From the NCBI GenBank assembly GCA_001661245.1, contig KV454015.1:62001-125395 (forward strand): a stretch of 63,395 nt of DNA, in the 5' to 3' direction. This stretch comes from Pachysolen tannophilus NRRL Y-2460 (lineage: Eukaryota). The position numbers and the translations under genes are program-made. Within the stretch, counting starts at the first letter, position 1; every line of letters starts with the position of its first letter. Of the stretch, positions 33,046 through 45,737 are shown one piece after another. Under the pieces are notes generated by a model, which searched no databases, had not been told where the DNA came from, and saw only the letters and a list, made by a program, of their open reading frames with translations.

Positions 33046-35307
33046 ATGGTTCCGCCGGTTGATAATGATCATTTTCATATGAATATTCCTGTGAAATCAA
33101 AACCTATAATAGGTTCAACTAATGTAGAATATATTAATTTGGATAATGGTAATTTACAAATTAAATCATCATCGGATTTATCCGCTGTGGCTCAAAGGAA
33201 TTCATTTGAAAAAGAATCATTAAATTCATTAAATTATGAGCAACAAAAAATTGAATCACTGGAAGATTTACCTAGATCATTTGAAAATGTTAATAAGAGA
33301 GTGCCGAAATTGGTAAGAACTTATTCAGAAACAGAAGCTTGTAATTTTAATCATTTAACTGGAGCTAGATTATACGATGATTTAAAACATAGACCTTATC
33401 ATCGTCTTCATTCCGCAGGTACGGATAATACTGAATCCCCAGTTTTAACAATGAAAAGTTATGGTAATGATGATAGTAGTATTAAGACACAAAAAAATAA
33501 TGAAAATGAAGAATTCACTTTTACAGGTATAGAAGATGAATATATTCCAGGTTTTACCTTTGATAAAAATAGTATATCGAAATGGTTTGATAATGGTGAA
33601 CAAATTGATATTTTCTTAAATAAAAGAGATTCGATATATACAACAACAAACGTTAATCCAATAAAAGTGCCGGGCACTGGTAATGGTAATGCTAATGCTA
33701 ATGGTATCGGTAATGGTATTGATAATAATAATAATAATAATAATATTAATAATAATAATGGATCGAAATCAATTTCATTTAATATTCCAAATTCTGTATC
33801 AAATTCCACATCTTTTTCAATGAATAAAAAAGATTTAGAAGATGCTGTTAATAAATCAGCAAATGCTTTAAATTTACTTCCTCCAAATTTTATTGAATTA
33901 CCCTTTTCACAAAGAAGAAAAATTATTAAAAAATTATATCCCGATGTTGATTATATGTACATGACAAAATTAATCAAACTGTATTATAAAAACAGTAGTT
34001 ATTCATCACATTCTTCACCAGCTCAAAGTTATTTATCCAATCTAAGATCATTCTCATCAAGCGACTCTAACAATAATAATAATAATAATAATAATAATAA
34101 TCTACACAGACCTCCACTTTATGATACCAATGAAAAAGGTGCTTTAGTATTGAATCATAGATTGGGTGATGTAATAGGTTATGGTGCATGGGGAATAATT
34201 AGAGAATGTTTTGATGTTTCTCAAAATCAAATAAGAGCATGTAAGATAATTTCTACTTCAAATTCAAAGATAAGATCGGTTTTCAAAAATGAAATTAAAA
34301 TATGGACAGAATTACACAATGAAAATTTGTTACCCTTATTAGATTATAAAGAAACTCCAGATTTTATATTTGCAATTACACAAAGAATTTATGGTGGAAC
34401 ATTATTTGAATTAGTTCAATATTGGGGGGTTAATGATCTGAGAATAGATTTTAAAACAAGATTAAATATAATTAAAAAATGTTGCTTACAAATTTTGTCT
34501 GGTTTAAAATATATGCATGAGAAAGGTATTGTACATGCAGATGTTAAATTAGAAAACTGTCTTATTGATGATAAAATTGATAATATTTCAAGAAATGATA
34601 TCGATAAAATTTTAATTTGTGATTTTGGAATGTCTCAATATTATCGTCGAACATATAAAAAAGATCGTGGTGTTTCCAAATCGAAATCATCTTCAAACCT
34701 ATCATCTGGCACTAATAGCGGCAGAAAACATTCGCAATTTAAAGAAATCATCAACGACAAGAGATTGACCCATGATGATACACCTATTGGTATAACCTCG
34801 TTTAAAAAAAAATTTGGACCTTCGCTAACTTCCACAAATTTAAGACCGTTATCTCCTAATAGTAGCTACCCAACAACTGGAGATGGGAATAATACCAAAC
34901 TTTCAGAAGTAGTTGATTTCCTGTCTTCAAAAGAACCTGCATCGGAACAAAATACAAAAATGCCGGATTCCCACATTGGTTCATTGCCTTATGCCGCGCC
35001 GGAGTTGCTTTCAACTTTACCATCAGACCTTTCACCTTTACAAGATATATGGGCATTTGGTGTATTATTATATACAATGATTTTAGGAGAGTTGCCCTTC
35101 AATCATAGTTATGAACCAAGATTAAAACTGATGATAATTAATGCTAAAGTAGATTTCAACAAATTCGATACCATTTTACAATCAGAAGGTGATAAGAGAC
35201 TTTTAAAAATTTTGAAAAGTTGTTTAGAAAAAAATATGGAGAAAAGAGTCTCCAATGTCGATTTTTTAATAGCAGAAATTACAAATAGTTTTTCCAACGA
35301 AAATTAA
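33046..35307 (+). CDS. NNK1: Ser/Thr protein kinase, Nnk1-like
   Basis: IGYGAWG, HADVKLEN, CDFG and IGSLPYAAPELL; N-terminal LPPNF.ELPFSQRRK motif and Asn-rich tracts. Confidence 0.7.
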   Translation: MVPPVDNDHFHMNIPVKSKPIIGSTNVEYINLDNGNLQIKSSSDLSAVAQRNSFEKESLNSLNYEQQKIESLEDLPRSFENVNKRVPKLVRTYSETEACNFNHLTGARLYDDLKHRPYHRLHSAGTDNTESPVLTMKSYGNDDSSIKTQKNNENEEFTFTGIEDEYIPGFTFDKNSISKWFDNGEQIDIFLNKRDSIYTTTNVNPIKVPGTGNGNANANGIGNGIDNNNNNNNINNNNGSKSISFNIPNSVSNSTSFSMNKKDLEDAVNKSANALNLLPPNFIELPFSQRRKIIKKLYPDVDYMYMTKLIKLYYKNSSYSSHSSPAQSYLSNLRSFSSSDSNNNNNNNNNNNLHRPPLYDTNEKGALVLNHRLGDVIGYGAWGIIRECFDVSQNQIRACKIISTSNSKIRSVFKNEIKIWTELHNENLLPLLDYKETPDFIFAITQRIYGGTLFELVQYWGVNDLRIDFKTRLNIIKKCCLQILSGLKYMHEKGIVHADVKLENCLIDDKIDNISRNDIDKILICDFGMSQYYRRTYKKDRGVSKSKSSSNLSSGTNSGRKHSQFKEIINDKRLTHDDTPIGITSFKKKFGPSLTSTNLRPLSPNSSYPTTGDGNNTKLSEVVDFLSSKEPASEQNTKMPDSHIGSLPYAAPELLSTLPSDLSPLQDIWAFGVLLYTMILGELPFNHSYEPRLKLMIINAKVDFNKFDTILQSEGDKRLLKILKSCLEKNMEKRVSNVDFLIAEITNSFSNEN

Positions 35308-35407
35308 TTAACTTGCTATAGCTTTGTATAATAATTAACAACATTAGAATCCGAATCCGCTCTTTTAATGCATAGAGATTTCATTATTATTTACTATACA
35401 ATTTCGT

Positions 35408-35476
35408 AATCTTTACAATCTTTACAATCTTTAAAATCTTTGAAATCTTTGCAATCTTTGCAATCTTTGCAATCTT
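35408..35476 (+). repeat. 9-nt tandem repeat (AATCTTTNN) x8
   Basis: Units start every 9 nt from 35408 to 35471. Confidence 0.85.
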
Positions 35477-36177
35477 GTACATGGGTAGTAGATTAAATGG
35501 TGGGGAGAATGTCTGAAAGTGGAGTTGAAGTGGAGGTGAGGGGCAAGCAGGCTAAACATCAAGCGAGACAAAATAATATTATCAAATATTTTACCTTACA
35601 TTGACTTATGATCGAAGATCGCATGATTATTCCTGCGGAAAATTTTTTTTTTTCTTTTTTAAAAAATGGAGAGAATAATACCCTACAAGTAAGCCGCTTT
35701 CAACGGTAGGTTACGGTATATTTGGTTGAAACCGGAAAAACTATATGCACGTATTCCTTGTAAAATATGAGGAGACCAAAGTGAAATAGGAAGAAAAGTG
35801 CGCGCGGAAAATAGCTAATACGAAGGAAAAACTTAATTTTAAATTATAAAGTGTGACGGAAGAATTTATATTGTCTAAGTACGCACCTATTAAGGAAAAA
35901 AGGCAAAACCGCTTGAAAAACCTTTCTATTATTGTAATACGGGTATTAATGGTTCGTTAGACAATATTCTTCTGAGGTTTTATTTCACTTTTTCTTATTT
36001 TCTTTTCTTTTATCATTTTCAAATAGTTTTCTTGAAGTTTTTGCTTATTATTATTTTCAAGTATCAAATTAAACTGAATACAAAAGAGTGGGGTTATAGT
36101 AAAACTAAAGACGGCAACGGATTAATTATTAATCATAGATTTCTAAAGATTTGTATACATTTTTTATATACCTTCGT

Positions 36178-37896
36178 ATGATGCTCTCGGATATCCAGAA
36201 TAACACCGACAACGCCAACAATGAAAATAGACTAGAGATTAATGATCAGACTGGGGTGGACAAGAAGAAAGATAGACCATACCGTTGTCCCTTATGTGAC
36301 AAGGCATTCCACAGATTAGAACATCAAACAAGACATATAAGAACACATACAGGTGAAAAACCTCATCAGTGTACTTTCCCCGGTTGTTCCAAGAGATTTT
36401 CTCGGTCGGATGAATTGTCAAGACATTCAAGGATTCACACTAATCCAACAACTAGGAAACCAAGGTCGAAGAATAAGAAAAATTTGAATACAACCGCTGC
36501 TGATAGGAATGTGCTTGAAAATGGCGGAGGTAATATCAATGTCACCAATGGTAGTGGGCCTGTTGATACCATGGTTCCACCTCAGATTCCAATGAGCCAA
36601 GTCTATGCTGTTCCAGCTGTATTTGACAACAATGGACTCCTTGCGTATCCTCAACCGCCACTACCACCTTTACCAGTACCATTACAGCAGCATCATCAAC
36701 AACAGCAGCAACAACTACAACAACTACAACAACCACAACAACCACAACAACAACCACTGCATCCATATTTCCTCGTACTGGATCAAATGGCTCCTCAACA
36801 GCAACAATCAGCACAACAACTTGCAGAACCTGTTTATAGAGTCCCATTGACTCGTAATCCACAACAGCTTCCAAATATGGTCTCACCACTTAAAGTTTCA
36901 CCTCCACAACAGCAACCTCAGCCTGTTACTTTACCACCGCTAGGTACAATTGCTAATGAATCTCCGTTCAATCACAATACTAATGTTACAAACAATAGCG
37001 AGATGTTCCACTTGAATAGGCCAAGAGTTTTCAGTTCTAATAGTTTACACGCATTTGATTTTAAATCAGTGGCAGCTAATTCAAGTTTCTCATCGAAATC
37101 CAATTCAACAACCTCTTTGCACTCATTGGCTTCTAGAAACAGTTCGAGTTCAAGTCTCGCTTCAAGTTTTGGTAATAGTTTACATCATACAAAGTTGTTA
37201 GGTTCTTTAACCTCTTTACAGAGAATGACACCTGTCAGGTATTCATCAACAACAAATTTAACAAAATCTAGTTCTAGAAACACAATTATTGGAATTTCAG
37301 ATATCTTGGAGAGTAATGCTAATGCTAATACTAATAATGGTTTATATTTGACAAACAGGAAAAAGACTAAACCAGACTCTCCGTTGAATTCGGCACCAAA
37401 TTCTCCTCCTCTCAGAGCCAATATCGCAAGTCTATTGAATCATGATGTAAACGGTGATGCCAATAGCGGGAGGGATAGAGATATGTCAATAAATAAACCT
37501 AGAGTGATATTTAATATTTCAACTCCAAGTGAAACTCCATTGACAACTCCAATGCAATCACCAACGTTGAAACCAGTTTCTTCTACAAATCATGTTCAAC
37601 TTCCTCCTTTGAGATGCATGTTAAATGATATACCAGACGCTAGAAATAATGGCGCTAATGGTAATGGCGTTAATGGTAATGGCGTTAATGGTAACGGCGC
37701 TAATGGTAATATCTCTAATGGTAATGGTAACGGTCCACATAATGATGTCAATCCATTGAAACGCAAATCTACGGTCGATTTGGCAAGTTTAAATGAATTA
37801 AATATACTAAATACAAAGAGTTCCTCTTCTTTAATTACACCGCCGCTAAACCTTGACTCAAAAAAGAGATTTTATTTGGTAGGCGAGAAAAAATAG
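36178..37896 (+). CDS. MIG1: C2H2 carbon catabolite repressor Mig1/CreA
   Basis: ATG at 36178. [52 protein letters not shown]-terminal LPPLR effector-like motif. Confidence 0.93.
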   Translation: MMLSDIQNNTDNANNENRLEINDQTGVDKKKDRPYRCPLCDKAFHRLEHQTRHIRTHTGEKPHQCTFPGCSKRFSRSDELSRHSRIHTNPTTRKPRSKNKKNLNTTAADRNVLENGGGNINVTNGSGPVDTMVPPQIPMSQVYAVPAVFDNNGLLAYPQPPLPPLPVPLQQHHQQQQQQLQQLQQPQQPQQQPLHPYFLVLDQMAPQQQQSAQQLAEPVYRVPLTRNPQQLPNMVSPLKVSPPQQQPQPVTLPPLGTIANESPFNHNTNVTNNSEMFHLNRPRVFSSNSLHAFDFKSVAANSSFSSKSNSTTSLHSLASRNSSSSSLASSFGNSLHHTKLLGSLTSLQRMTPVRYSSTTNLTKSSSRNTIIGISDILESNANANTNNGLYLTNRKKTKPDSPLNSAPNSPPLRANIASLLNHDVNGDANSGRDRDMSINKPRVIFNISTPSETPLTTPMQSPTLKPVSSTNHVQLPPLRCMLNDIPDARNNGANGNGVNGNGVNGNGANGNISNGNGNGPHNDVNPLKRKSTVDLASLNELNILNTKSSSSLITPPLNLDSKKRFYLVGEKK

Positions 37897-38329
37897 CAAA
37901 GAGAGCAAGATGGAACTTTTACAAGCTAATGATGAATCAATGATTTTATAAATGGACAGATGGTTTTGGTACTGCTGGTTTTTCTTTTAACTTTAATATA
38001 CACTTTTTCTTTTTTTTTCTTTCTTTCTTTTACTTTTTATTCTTTAATTAATCTTTACAAAGAAAACTCTAATGTTTGGGATCAGTTCCCGCTTACTTCT
38101 ATATAATATATGATATTCTTGTTGTAATTACACCGTCGTCGGTTAGATCTTTATCTATTAATTGGATCATTTGGATCATTTGGGTCACTAAATGACCCTT
38201 TTTTGGTCGTGCGGTTTTTTGATAATGTTTGTTTACGCTTTTAAATTTAAGTAGAAAGATCAAACTAGATAGAGAGTATTTATTGATAATAATTGAATTA
38301 AGTCTTTTTTTTTTCGGTGGAGGCGATTA

Positions 38330-41300
38330 ATGTCTAAAAGAAATCTTGACCAGGATGTGGATGAAGGTGGTGAGGTAGAGGTAAATGGTAATGGTAATGG
38401 TGGTGGTGGTGTGGATGGACAAGATGTTCTGTTGGATATTTCTGAAATCCATGTTTTGGAAAAATTTACACAAGCGAATGGAGGTAATCGTTACAAGAGA
38501 ACTAAGAGAGAAAGGATTGAAGTTGAGGATAACGATGAAGATGAAGAGGAAGAAGATGGGATGGACACTTTAGCTCCAGCTTTGGCAGGGATAATTGAAA
38601 AAATTGAATTAACAAATTTTATGTGTCATGATCATTTTGAGGTTGAATTTGGACCTCAAATCAATTTTATTATTGGTCATAACGGTAGTGGTAAGAGTGC
38701 TATACTTACAGCAATATCTGTCGGTTTAGGAGCTAAGGCAAATGAAACCAACCGTGGATCATCTTTGAAAAGTTTGATCAAAAATGGAAGTAGTTCTGGT
38801 AGGATATCAATCACCATAAAGAATGAAGGTCCTTCAAGTTATAAACGAGAAATATTTGGTAAAAAAATTATAATACAAAGAATTTTGAAAAGAGAAGGTA
38901 CAAATAATTATTATATTAAAAGTGAAACTGGTAAAACAGTCTCTAATAAGAAAACTGATTTGGATTCGATATTGTCCAGATTTTCAATAACTGTTAATAA
39001 CCCAATGGCAGTATTGACTCAGGATGATGCAAAATCATTTTTAGCCACTGCCTCAGATAGAGAAAAATATAAATTTTTTATGGCTGGTACAAAAACTGAT
39101 GATACCATCAATAATTATTCTATGACTGAAGAAGAAGTTGAAAAAGTTAAAGAAAAATTGTTGGAATTGAAAGAAGAAATAGGAGAGTTAAAAGCTGATG
39201 ATCAAAAGGCTAAAAGTATTTATGACAAGTATCAAGCTTCTGAACATTATCAGGAAATGAAAAACTTGATTGAAGGAAAATATTTATGGGTCCAAGTTGT
39301 TGAAAACGAGGAGAAAATCAAAGCAACAAATGACAAGATTCAACAATTCAAAGAAGAAATTCAAGCTGCACAAAATCACATTGAAAATAATAAAATTGAA
39401 ATTAAAAATTGCGAAGAGAAAAAAACAAAAATCACCGAAGATTTTGCAAATCATAATAATGAAGTAACTGTTTTAGAAGGACAAAGAATGGAGATAAGAG
39501 ATCAGCTTAGTAAGGCCGCTGCAAATTTAAAAGCAATGGAAAATGAGAAAAAATTAATTGAGGTTGATATGAAGAAAAACGACGAAAAAATTACGAAATT
39601 TAAAGAAGATCTGAAAGTAGAACAAACAAGAATTGACAAAATTAATGGTGGATCTCACGAAGAATTGGAAAAACAGAAAAATGAAATATCTGCTGAAAGT
39701 TCTTTAACTGAAGTGAAACTGAAAAATATTAGAAATGAAAAAGAAGTTTATAAAGAGGAAGCTGCGACGCGCATTGTTGAAATTAGAGAACAAATCGAGA
39801 CTGAAAAAGCAAAAGAAATTAATATTACAAATAGATTGAGATCGATACAATCGTCTAAAGCAAAAGAGTTAGATGCGTATGGACATCAAATTTATAACAT
39901 CTTAGATGCAGTGGAGAGAGATCCTGGATTCAAGTCTAAGCCCATTGGTCCACTTGGACGCTATATAAGTATCAAGCAAGGTGAAGAAAAGTGGAGTCAA
40001 CTTTTAGAGGCAACCCTCAAAAGTGCATTAGAAGCTTTTGTTGTTGATAATAGTCATGATTTTAATAGACTTTCTACTCTTTTCAGAAGACACAAGCATA
40101 CGGCAAATATTGTGATAAGAAAAAGCGAGATTTTTGATTATAGTCAAAAATCTGCAAGCGCAGATTTTAAAAGGGTTATGGATGTCTTGGAGATTTCTAA
40201 CAAATATGTTGAGTGTATTCTTGTTGATATGTGCAGAGTTAACAGGATTTTGTTGATAGAAGATAGATCTAAGGCAGAATCTATTGCAAGATCTAACAAT
40301 CGTAATGTTCATAGTATTCTTGTCCCTTTCGATTTCAGGAGTGGTAATAGTATTAGAATAAATCAATACGGAGGTTTGCAGGTAAACGTTATAAATTTTC
40401 CTTACAATAAGATGGATAAGCTTCGTTCAAGTGGTTCTACGGTACAAGAGGTTGAGAGATATCAAAAACTTCTCAATTCAACCAGGAGGAGCTTATTAGA
40501 GTTAGAATCAAAGAGAAAAAAATTCAGCAAGAGGACGACGAAAAGATAAAACTGTTTGATCGAGAATTGAAACTGCTTGTTAATAAACAATCACAGTATG
40601 ATCGCCATATTTTTGAAATAAATAATAAATTGCTGGAGTCTGCAAATACTGGTCATTTGGAATCTTTGAAAGAACAAATTGAAACTCTAACACAGCAAAA
40701 TATGGTTAATAGACAAACGATTGAAGAGGCAAATTTTGAAAATCAAAAGCACTATTTGGAATATCAAAAGTTGGATGAATCTTTTGCAGAGATCAACAGG
40801 AAAATCCAAAAACTTAAAAATAGTAATGATAAAGTTAATAATAAGTTGACCGAATACCAGAGTTTAATAGACACTAAGATTAACGAAATTAATCACTATA
40901 ATAAATCAATTAATAAAAGAAATGTGTTAATTGAAAAATGTGAACAATATATCGAGGGAACATCTACAGAAATTGGAAAATTGATTGCCAACGCTGAAGA
41001 TCATTGTTCTAGAGAAGATGCAGATCTTAAAGAAGAAGATACATTAGACACTATTCGTAAACAGAGAGAACGCATAAGCCAAGAGGTTGCCCAAATTGAA
41101 CAAGAATTAGGAATGTCCAGCGAGGAAATTATCAATCGAATGCAGATAGCAAGATTGAAGTTTAATCAAGCAAAAGAGAAAATTTCCCAAGCTTCAATCT
41201 TACAGAATAATCTACGTCAATCACTAACAGACAGATTAACAACTTTTTTGGAAGTTCGTGATAACTTATGCATCAAAGTCAACGAATCGTTCCAAAGCAG

Positions 41301-41700
41301 TCTTCAATTGAGGAATTTCACAGGAAAAATTGAATTTGACCATAAAGAGCAACGCTTAAAGATGTTAGTCTCAACAAAAGATGGTGCCGAATTGAGAAGC
41401 GTTGAATCTTTTAGTGGTGGTGAAAAATCTTTTGCTCAGATTGCCTTATTGTTAGCTATATGGCAGCAGATGAATACTAAAATACGTGGTTTGGATGAGT
41501 TTGATGTTTTTATGGATCAGATTAATAGAAGGTTGTGTTTGAAATTGATATTACAAAAACTTCGTGGATATGCTTCGAAATCCCAAACAATATTTATAAC
41601 CCCATTAGACATCGCTGGATTGGATGGTGTAGATCAAGGTGATGTACATATCCATAGAATAGTTGATCCTAGGAGAAGTGTGAACTCCAATAATCCTTAG
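38330..41700 (+). CDS. SMC6: Smc5/6 complex subunit Smc6, split by one apparent -1 frameshift at 40516-40522
   Basis: The N-half has NFMCH, GHNGSGKS and a PIGPLG hinge; the C-half has FSGGEKSF and LDEFDVFMD. Adding one A to the A7 run joins the two ORFs. Confidence 0.93.
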
Positions 41701-42008
41701 AACTACTAGGTTTTTTTTTTAGATTCTGGTAAGTGATTTTAGTGTATATAGAAAATTATCTAATATTTGATATGAAGCTGAATATAGAGGAATATAATAC
41801 AGAAACTTGTCAAATGAACTAAAATACAAATATTATTGATTAAGAAAGCGCAGAATGTTTTTTGACTTTCCATGATGGAAAAAGAAAAAGTAAAAAAAAA
41901 ATAAAAAAAAAGCGGTCATCAGTAAATAATATAACAGAAATAATAATACTATACTCAATAAAGTAATAATTAATGAATTAACCCGTCCATCAATGTTCAG
42001 AAAAAGGA

Positions 42009-42048
<40 letters not shown>

Positions 42049-42095
42049 GTAGTAGTAGTAATAGTAATAGTAATACTAAAGACTATTTCTTGCCG

Positions 42096-44924
42096 TTATC
42101 CAGACCAATATCTATACATATGTGGAGTTTCAAAACTAATCGGTTTCAACTCAGTTGGCTCAGCCTTTACTCTGCCGAGACCTGCCTTATCTTTGGATTC
42201 CCCATTCTCACCACCTTCTTTATTTTCATCATCAGCAGTTGGATTATTACCATTTTCTTCACTCTTATTTGAGGAGTCTATATTTAAGAAATTTAAGGAG
42301 GAACGTGGAGGCTTCAAAATCATCGATTTTGTTTCTTTAAGCATTTCTTTAATCCTGTTAAAATCCAGTTTTGTTGCAGAATTTGAATTCTCCTCAATTC
42401 CTGTTGAATTTTCATCTTCATTTTCTGGTAGTAACGATGATAGTTGTTCAACAATTTCAAAAAATCTATCGCTAATTGTTTTAGTGGCCTTTGCTAACGA
42501 TAAACGATCCAAAAACACTTCTTCTTGTTGTTTCATTAGCAATTTTTTTTGGAATTCCAATTCTTTGTCAACGTTTTTAATTTTTTTCAATTTAAGATCA
42601 ACTTTGTTCAATTGCTGATTTATGATCTGTGTTATCAATTTATTCATGACTCTTTCTTGATATGTTGCAAATACATGACTTCTTGCTCCCACTATACCTA
42701 AAGAAGTTGAAGCAGCGTCTTTGATATCAGCTAGCGGATCCAGAGGATCTTCTTCCTTTTGTTGTTGTTCTGCTAATACTTCAGGTGCTGCTTTTGAATC
42801 TTCTTTCTGTTGGGGTTTTCCTTCATTGATCTTATCTATGATCTTTTCATCAATGATTTTAATTGCCCTGCTTGAAGCAGCAGCAGCGACATCGCTATCA
42901 ACAAGAGTGGTTAAAAACGCTAAAGTCGACATAATAGGATTGTCGGTTTGTGAAAACGGTAAATGTGGTATAAATTTCAAAGGTCCCAATACTTCTGGGT
43001 TTTTCTCTAAAAATTTATCTTCAATTGGTAATTGCAAAAATCTAATAATACATTGTTCGGGTGTGTGATTTCCAACACAGTCAGCAATAGCGTTCCAGTT
43101 ATTCTTGAATACTTTAATTCCTTCTAATAATTTAGATAATTCTTCCTCTGTCCAACCCAGGTTTATATCAGCTTTAGCAATTTTTGGCCTTTTAAATTGT
43201 CTTTCACTATCAACTGCGGAATTATCGCTGTTTTCATTATGATTTCCATCACTGGTCCCATTTTCTAATGTGCCTGTATTATTATTATGACCCAATAACT
43301 GTTTTACTCTGCCTAAATCAGGTAAGTTGATTGGTGGTTTATAACTTTCAAATGGAAATAAACCTCTTGGTGTATCATAATCTATTTGGAAATCACTTGT
43401 AGTTGGAGGCTCTACTGGTTGTGGATACAACTCTGGAGCAACTTGATAGTTTATCAACCCCCATTTATTTAAAAATTTATGAACTCTTAATATAGTTGCT
43501 GCATCACCAACTAAGTTCCTTCGGCAAACTGTAAATGTCAAATATTCATTCGGATTAAGACGATATGTATTTATCATAAAATTCCTATATTTTGCATAAA
43601 CTTCCGGTGTCTTGTTTCTATTTGCACCATTGAAAAATTCTGGTAAGGATCTCTTTTCTACTTGATGAATTCTTTTCATGTTGAACCAAGACGCATATGC
43701 TGGTATAACTATAGTATGAGTTTGTATATTTGTCACTGTATCAGGAGTGTCTTCTTTTCTAGCATCAGTAGAAGTTTCAACGATTTTATCATACTCTGCT
43801 TTGATCTTTTGCAGCAGAGTCTCCAGCAGAGACTGTACCGATTCCTCCCGTTCTTGCGGTTGTTGTACTTCTGGCAGTTCCTGTGGTTCCTGCTGCTCGA
43901 CTGATTCCGATTTTTCAATTTCCAGCAGCCGCGGCAGCGGCGTCAGCGATAAAGAGGGAGACAGAGACAGCGACGGTGACAGAGACAGTGACAGAGACAG
44001 TGACAGTGACAGTGACGGAGACAGTGACAGAGACAGAGACAGCGATGATACCAGCTTCAGTTTCAGTTGAAGTTCATCATCACCTTCATCTTCACCTTTA
44101 CCTTTACCTTCACCTTCACCTTCAACTTCAACTTCATTTTCAACTTCACTTCCACTTTCACTTTCACCTCCACTTTTCTCTTTTTCAAATTTTTCTTCAA
44201 CCACCTGAGTTTCTTTTGATTCCAGGTCGATATTTTTTTCTTCTTTATCCAACATGTTAAAATCACCATCATTATCTATTTTATTAGAATCATGTTCTTC
44301 CTCTTGACTCTGCATCTCATCTGCTTCTTTTAGTTCTTGATGTTGTGCTTGTTGTTGTGCGTACAGTTGCAGTTGCAATTGTGGTTGCAGTTGCTCTTGG
44401 GTTGGCGATCGTGATGGCGATTGTGTTGGCGATTGTGATTTCTGTGGCGATTGCTGTTGCAATTGCTCTTGTTGTTGCTCTTCTATTTCCATATCCTCAT
44501 TTTTCAATTCACCATCCACTGACACGGAATCTTTTTTAGATTCTTCAGGATCAACTAAAGGCTCAGAATCTTCCGGGGACTTGATTGAAACCAAAGGTTC
44601 AGAAACTCCAGCTTCTTCCTGAGTTCCCAGTAATAAAACTTCATCTTTTAATTGTGGTACTTCATTTACCAGAGGAGAATTAGAATTTTCAAGCTTTACA
44701 TCTTCCTTATCACCCGATTGCTCAAACACATTCTCATGTGGCTCTTCGTTTACTTCATCTGATACATAAGAATTCTGTCGACTAGTTTCGCGTTCAGAAA
44801 CGTTAAAATCATTGAAATCACCACCTTCATTCTTCTTATCCTGTCCTTCAATTGATTCTTCAATTTCTTCCTTACCTTCCACATCACTCGTCCCAGATCT
44901 TATCTTTTCTTCCTCATCTGACAT
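42096..44924 (-). CDS. SWI3: SWI/SNF subunit Swi3 (SWIRM + SANT + leucine zipper)
   Basis: QTHTIVIPAYASWF...RNFMINTYRLNPNEYL SWIRM, WTEEE SANT, C-terminal YRYWSG and a long acidic N-terminus. Confidence 0.88.
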   Translation of the reverse strand: MSDEEEKIRSGTSDVEGKEEIEESIEGQDKKNEGGDFNDFNVSERETSRQNSYVSDEVNEEPHENVFEQSGDKEDVKLENSNSPLVNEVPQLKDEVLLLGTQEEAGVSEPLVSIKSPEDSEPLVDPEESKKDSVSVDGELKNEDMEIEEQQQEQLQQQSPQKSQSPTQSPSRSPTQEQLQPQLQLQLYAQQQAQHQELKEADEMQSQEEEHDSNKIDNDGDFNMLDKEEKNIDLESKETQVVEEKFEKEKSGGESESGSEVENEVEVEGEGEGKGKGEDEGDDELQLKLKLVSSLSLSLSLSPSLSLSLSLSLSLSPSLSLSPSLSLTPLPRLLEIEKSESVEQQEPQELPEVQQPQEREESVQSLLETLLQKIKAEYDKIVETSTDARKEDTPDTVTNIQTHTIVIPAYASWFNMKRIHQVEKRSLPEFFNGANRNKTPEVYAKYRNFMINTYRLNPNEYLTFTVCRRNLVGDAATILRVHKFLNKWGLINYQVAPELYPQPVEPPTTSDFQIDYDTPRGLFPFESYKPPINLPDLGRVKQLLGHNNNTGTLENGTSDGNHNENSDNSAVDSERQFKRPKIAKADINLGWTEEELSKLLEGIKVFKNNWNAIADCVGNHTPEQCIIRFLQLPIEDKFLEKNPEVLGPLKFIPHLPFSQTDNPIMSTLAFLTTLVDSDVAAAASSRAIKIIDEKIIDKINEGKPQQKEDSKAAPEVLAEQQQKEEDPLDPLADIKDAASTSLGIVGARSHVFATYQERVMNKLITQIINQQLNKVDLKLKKIKNVDKELEFQKKLLMKQQEEVFLDRLSLAKATKTISDRFFEIVEQLSSLLPENEDENSTGIEENSNSATKLDFNRIKEMLKETKSMILKPPRSSLNFLNIDSSNKSEENGNNPTADDENKEGGENGESKDKAGLGRVKAEPTELKPISFETPHMYRYWSG

Positions 44925-44976
44925 ATTGTATTATATTTTATATCAACGGCGGTTAATTATATATATACATATATAT

Positions 44977-45017
<41 letters not shown>

Positions 45018-45737
45018 TTATATATAGCGTAGAAAACAAAGGGAGAAGAATTAACTTTACTTATAACTCAAAACCCCAATCAACTCGATCAAGCTGATTT
45101 TCCAAAAAAACACTAAAACAAACCAACCGCTCTACCCTAAACAGAGAAAAAACCACTCAAATCTCCAATTAATGATGGTAATTTACAATCTATTTTAAAA
45201 ATTATGTTAATCAATTATCTATTTAACCGCCGTTACTTGTTTTTCTACTGTTTTTTTTTGTTTTTTTTCGGTGTTTTTTTTTTTTTTGTTTTTTTGAGTT
45301 CTTGGACGAAAACCAGTAAAAAATCCGAATTAGGAAATTTCCAAAAAAAAAATTTCCAAAAAAAAAAATTAAATTTTCTAACTTCCTAATAAAGGAAGTT
45401 GTCTGTTTTTAGTAACATTTCCGTATTTGGACATCCTTTTTTTTTTTTTTGGAATTTTGATTTTTTTTTTCTTTTTAGTTAGAAGTGGTGAGTGGTGTAT
45501 GTTTTAGTGTATATATATTAATATTTATAAATATATATATATATAGATATATATAGATACAGATATTGATATATATATATTTAAATTGTGTTTCTTAAAA
45601 AAGAAACTTTTTTGGTTTTCATCCAGTAATCTATTTTTCTATTTATAATTGGTACTAGTTATTTGATATTGGGTTGTATTGTAAAGGAGAAGAACGTGAA
45701 AGCGAGTCGGAAAGATTGAGCAGCAAAGGAATAAAAA

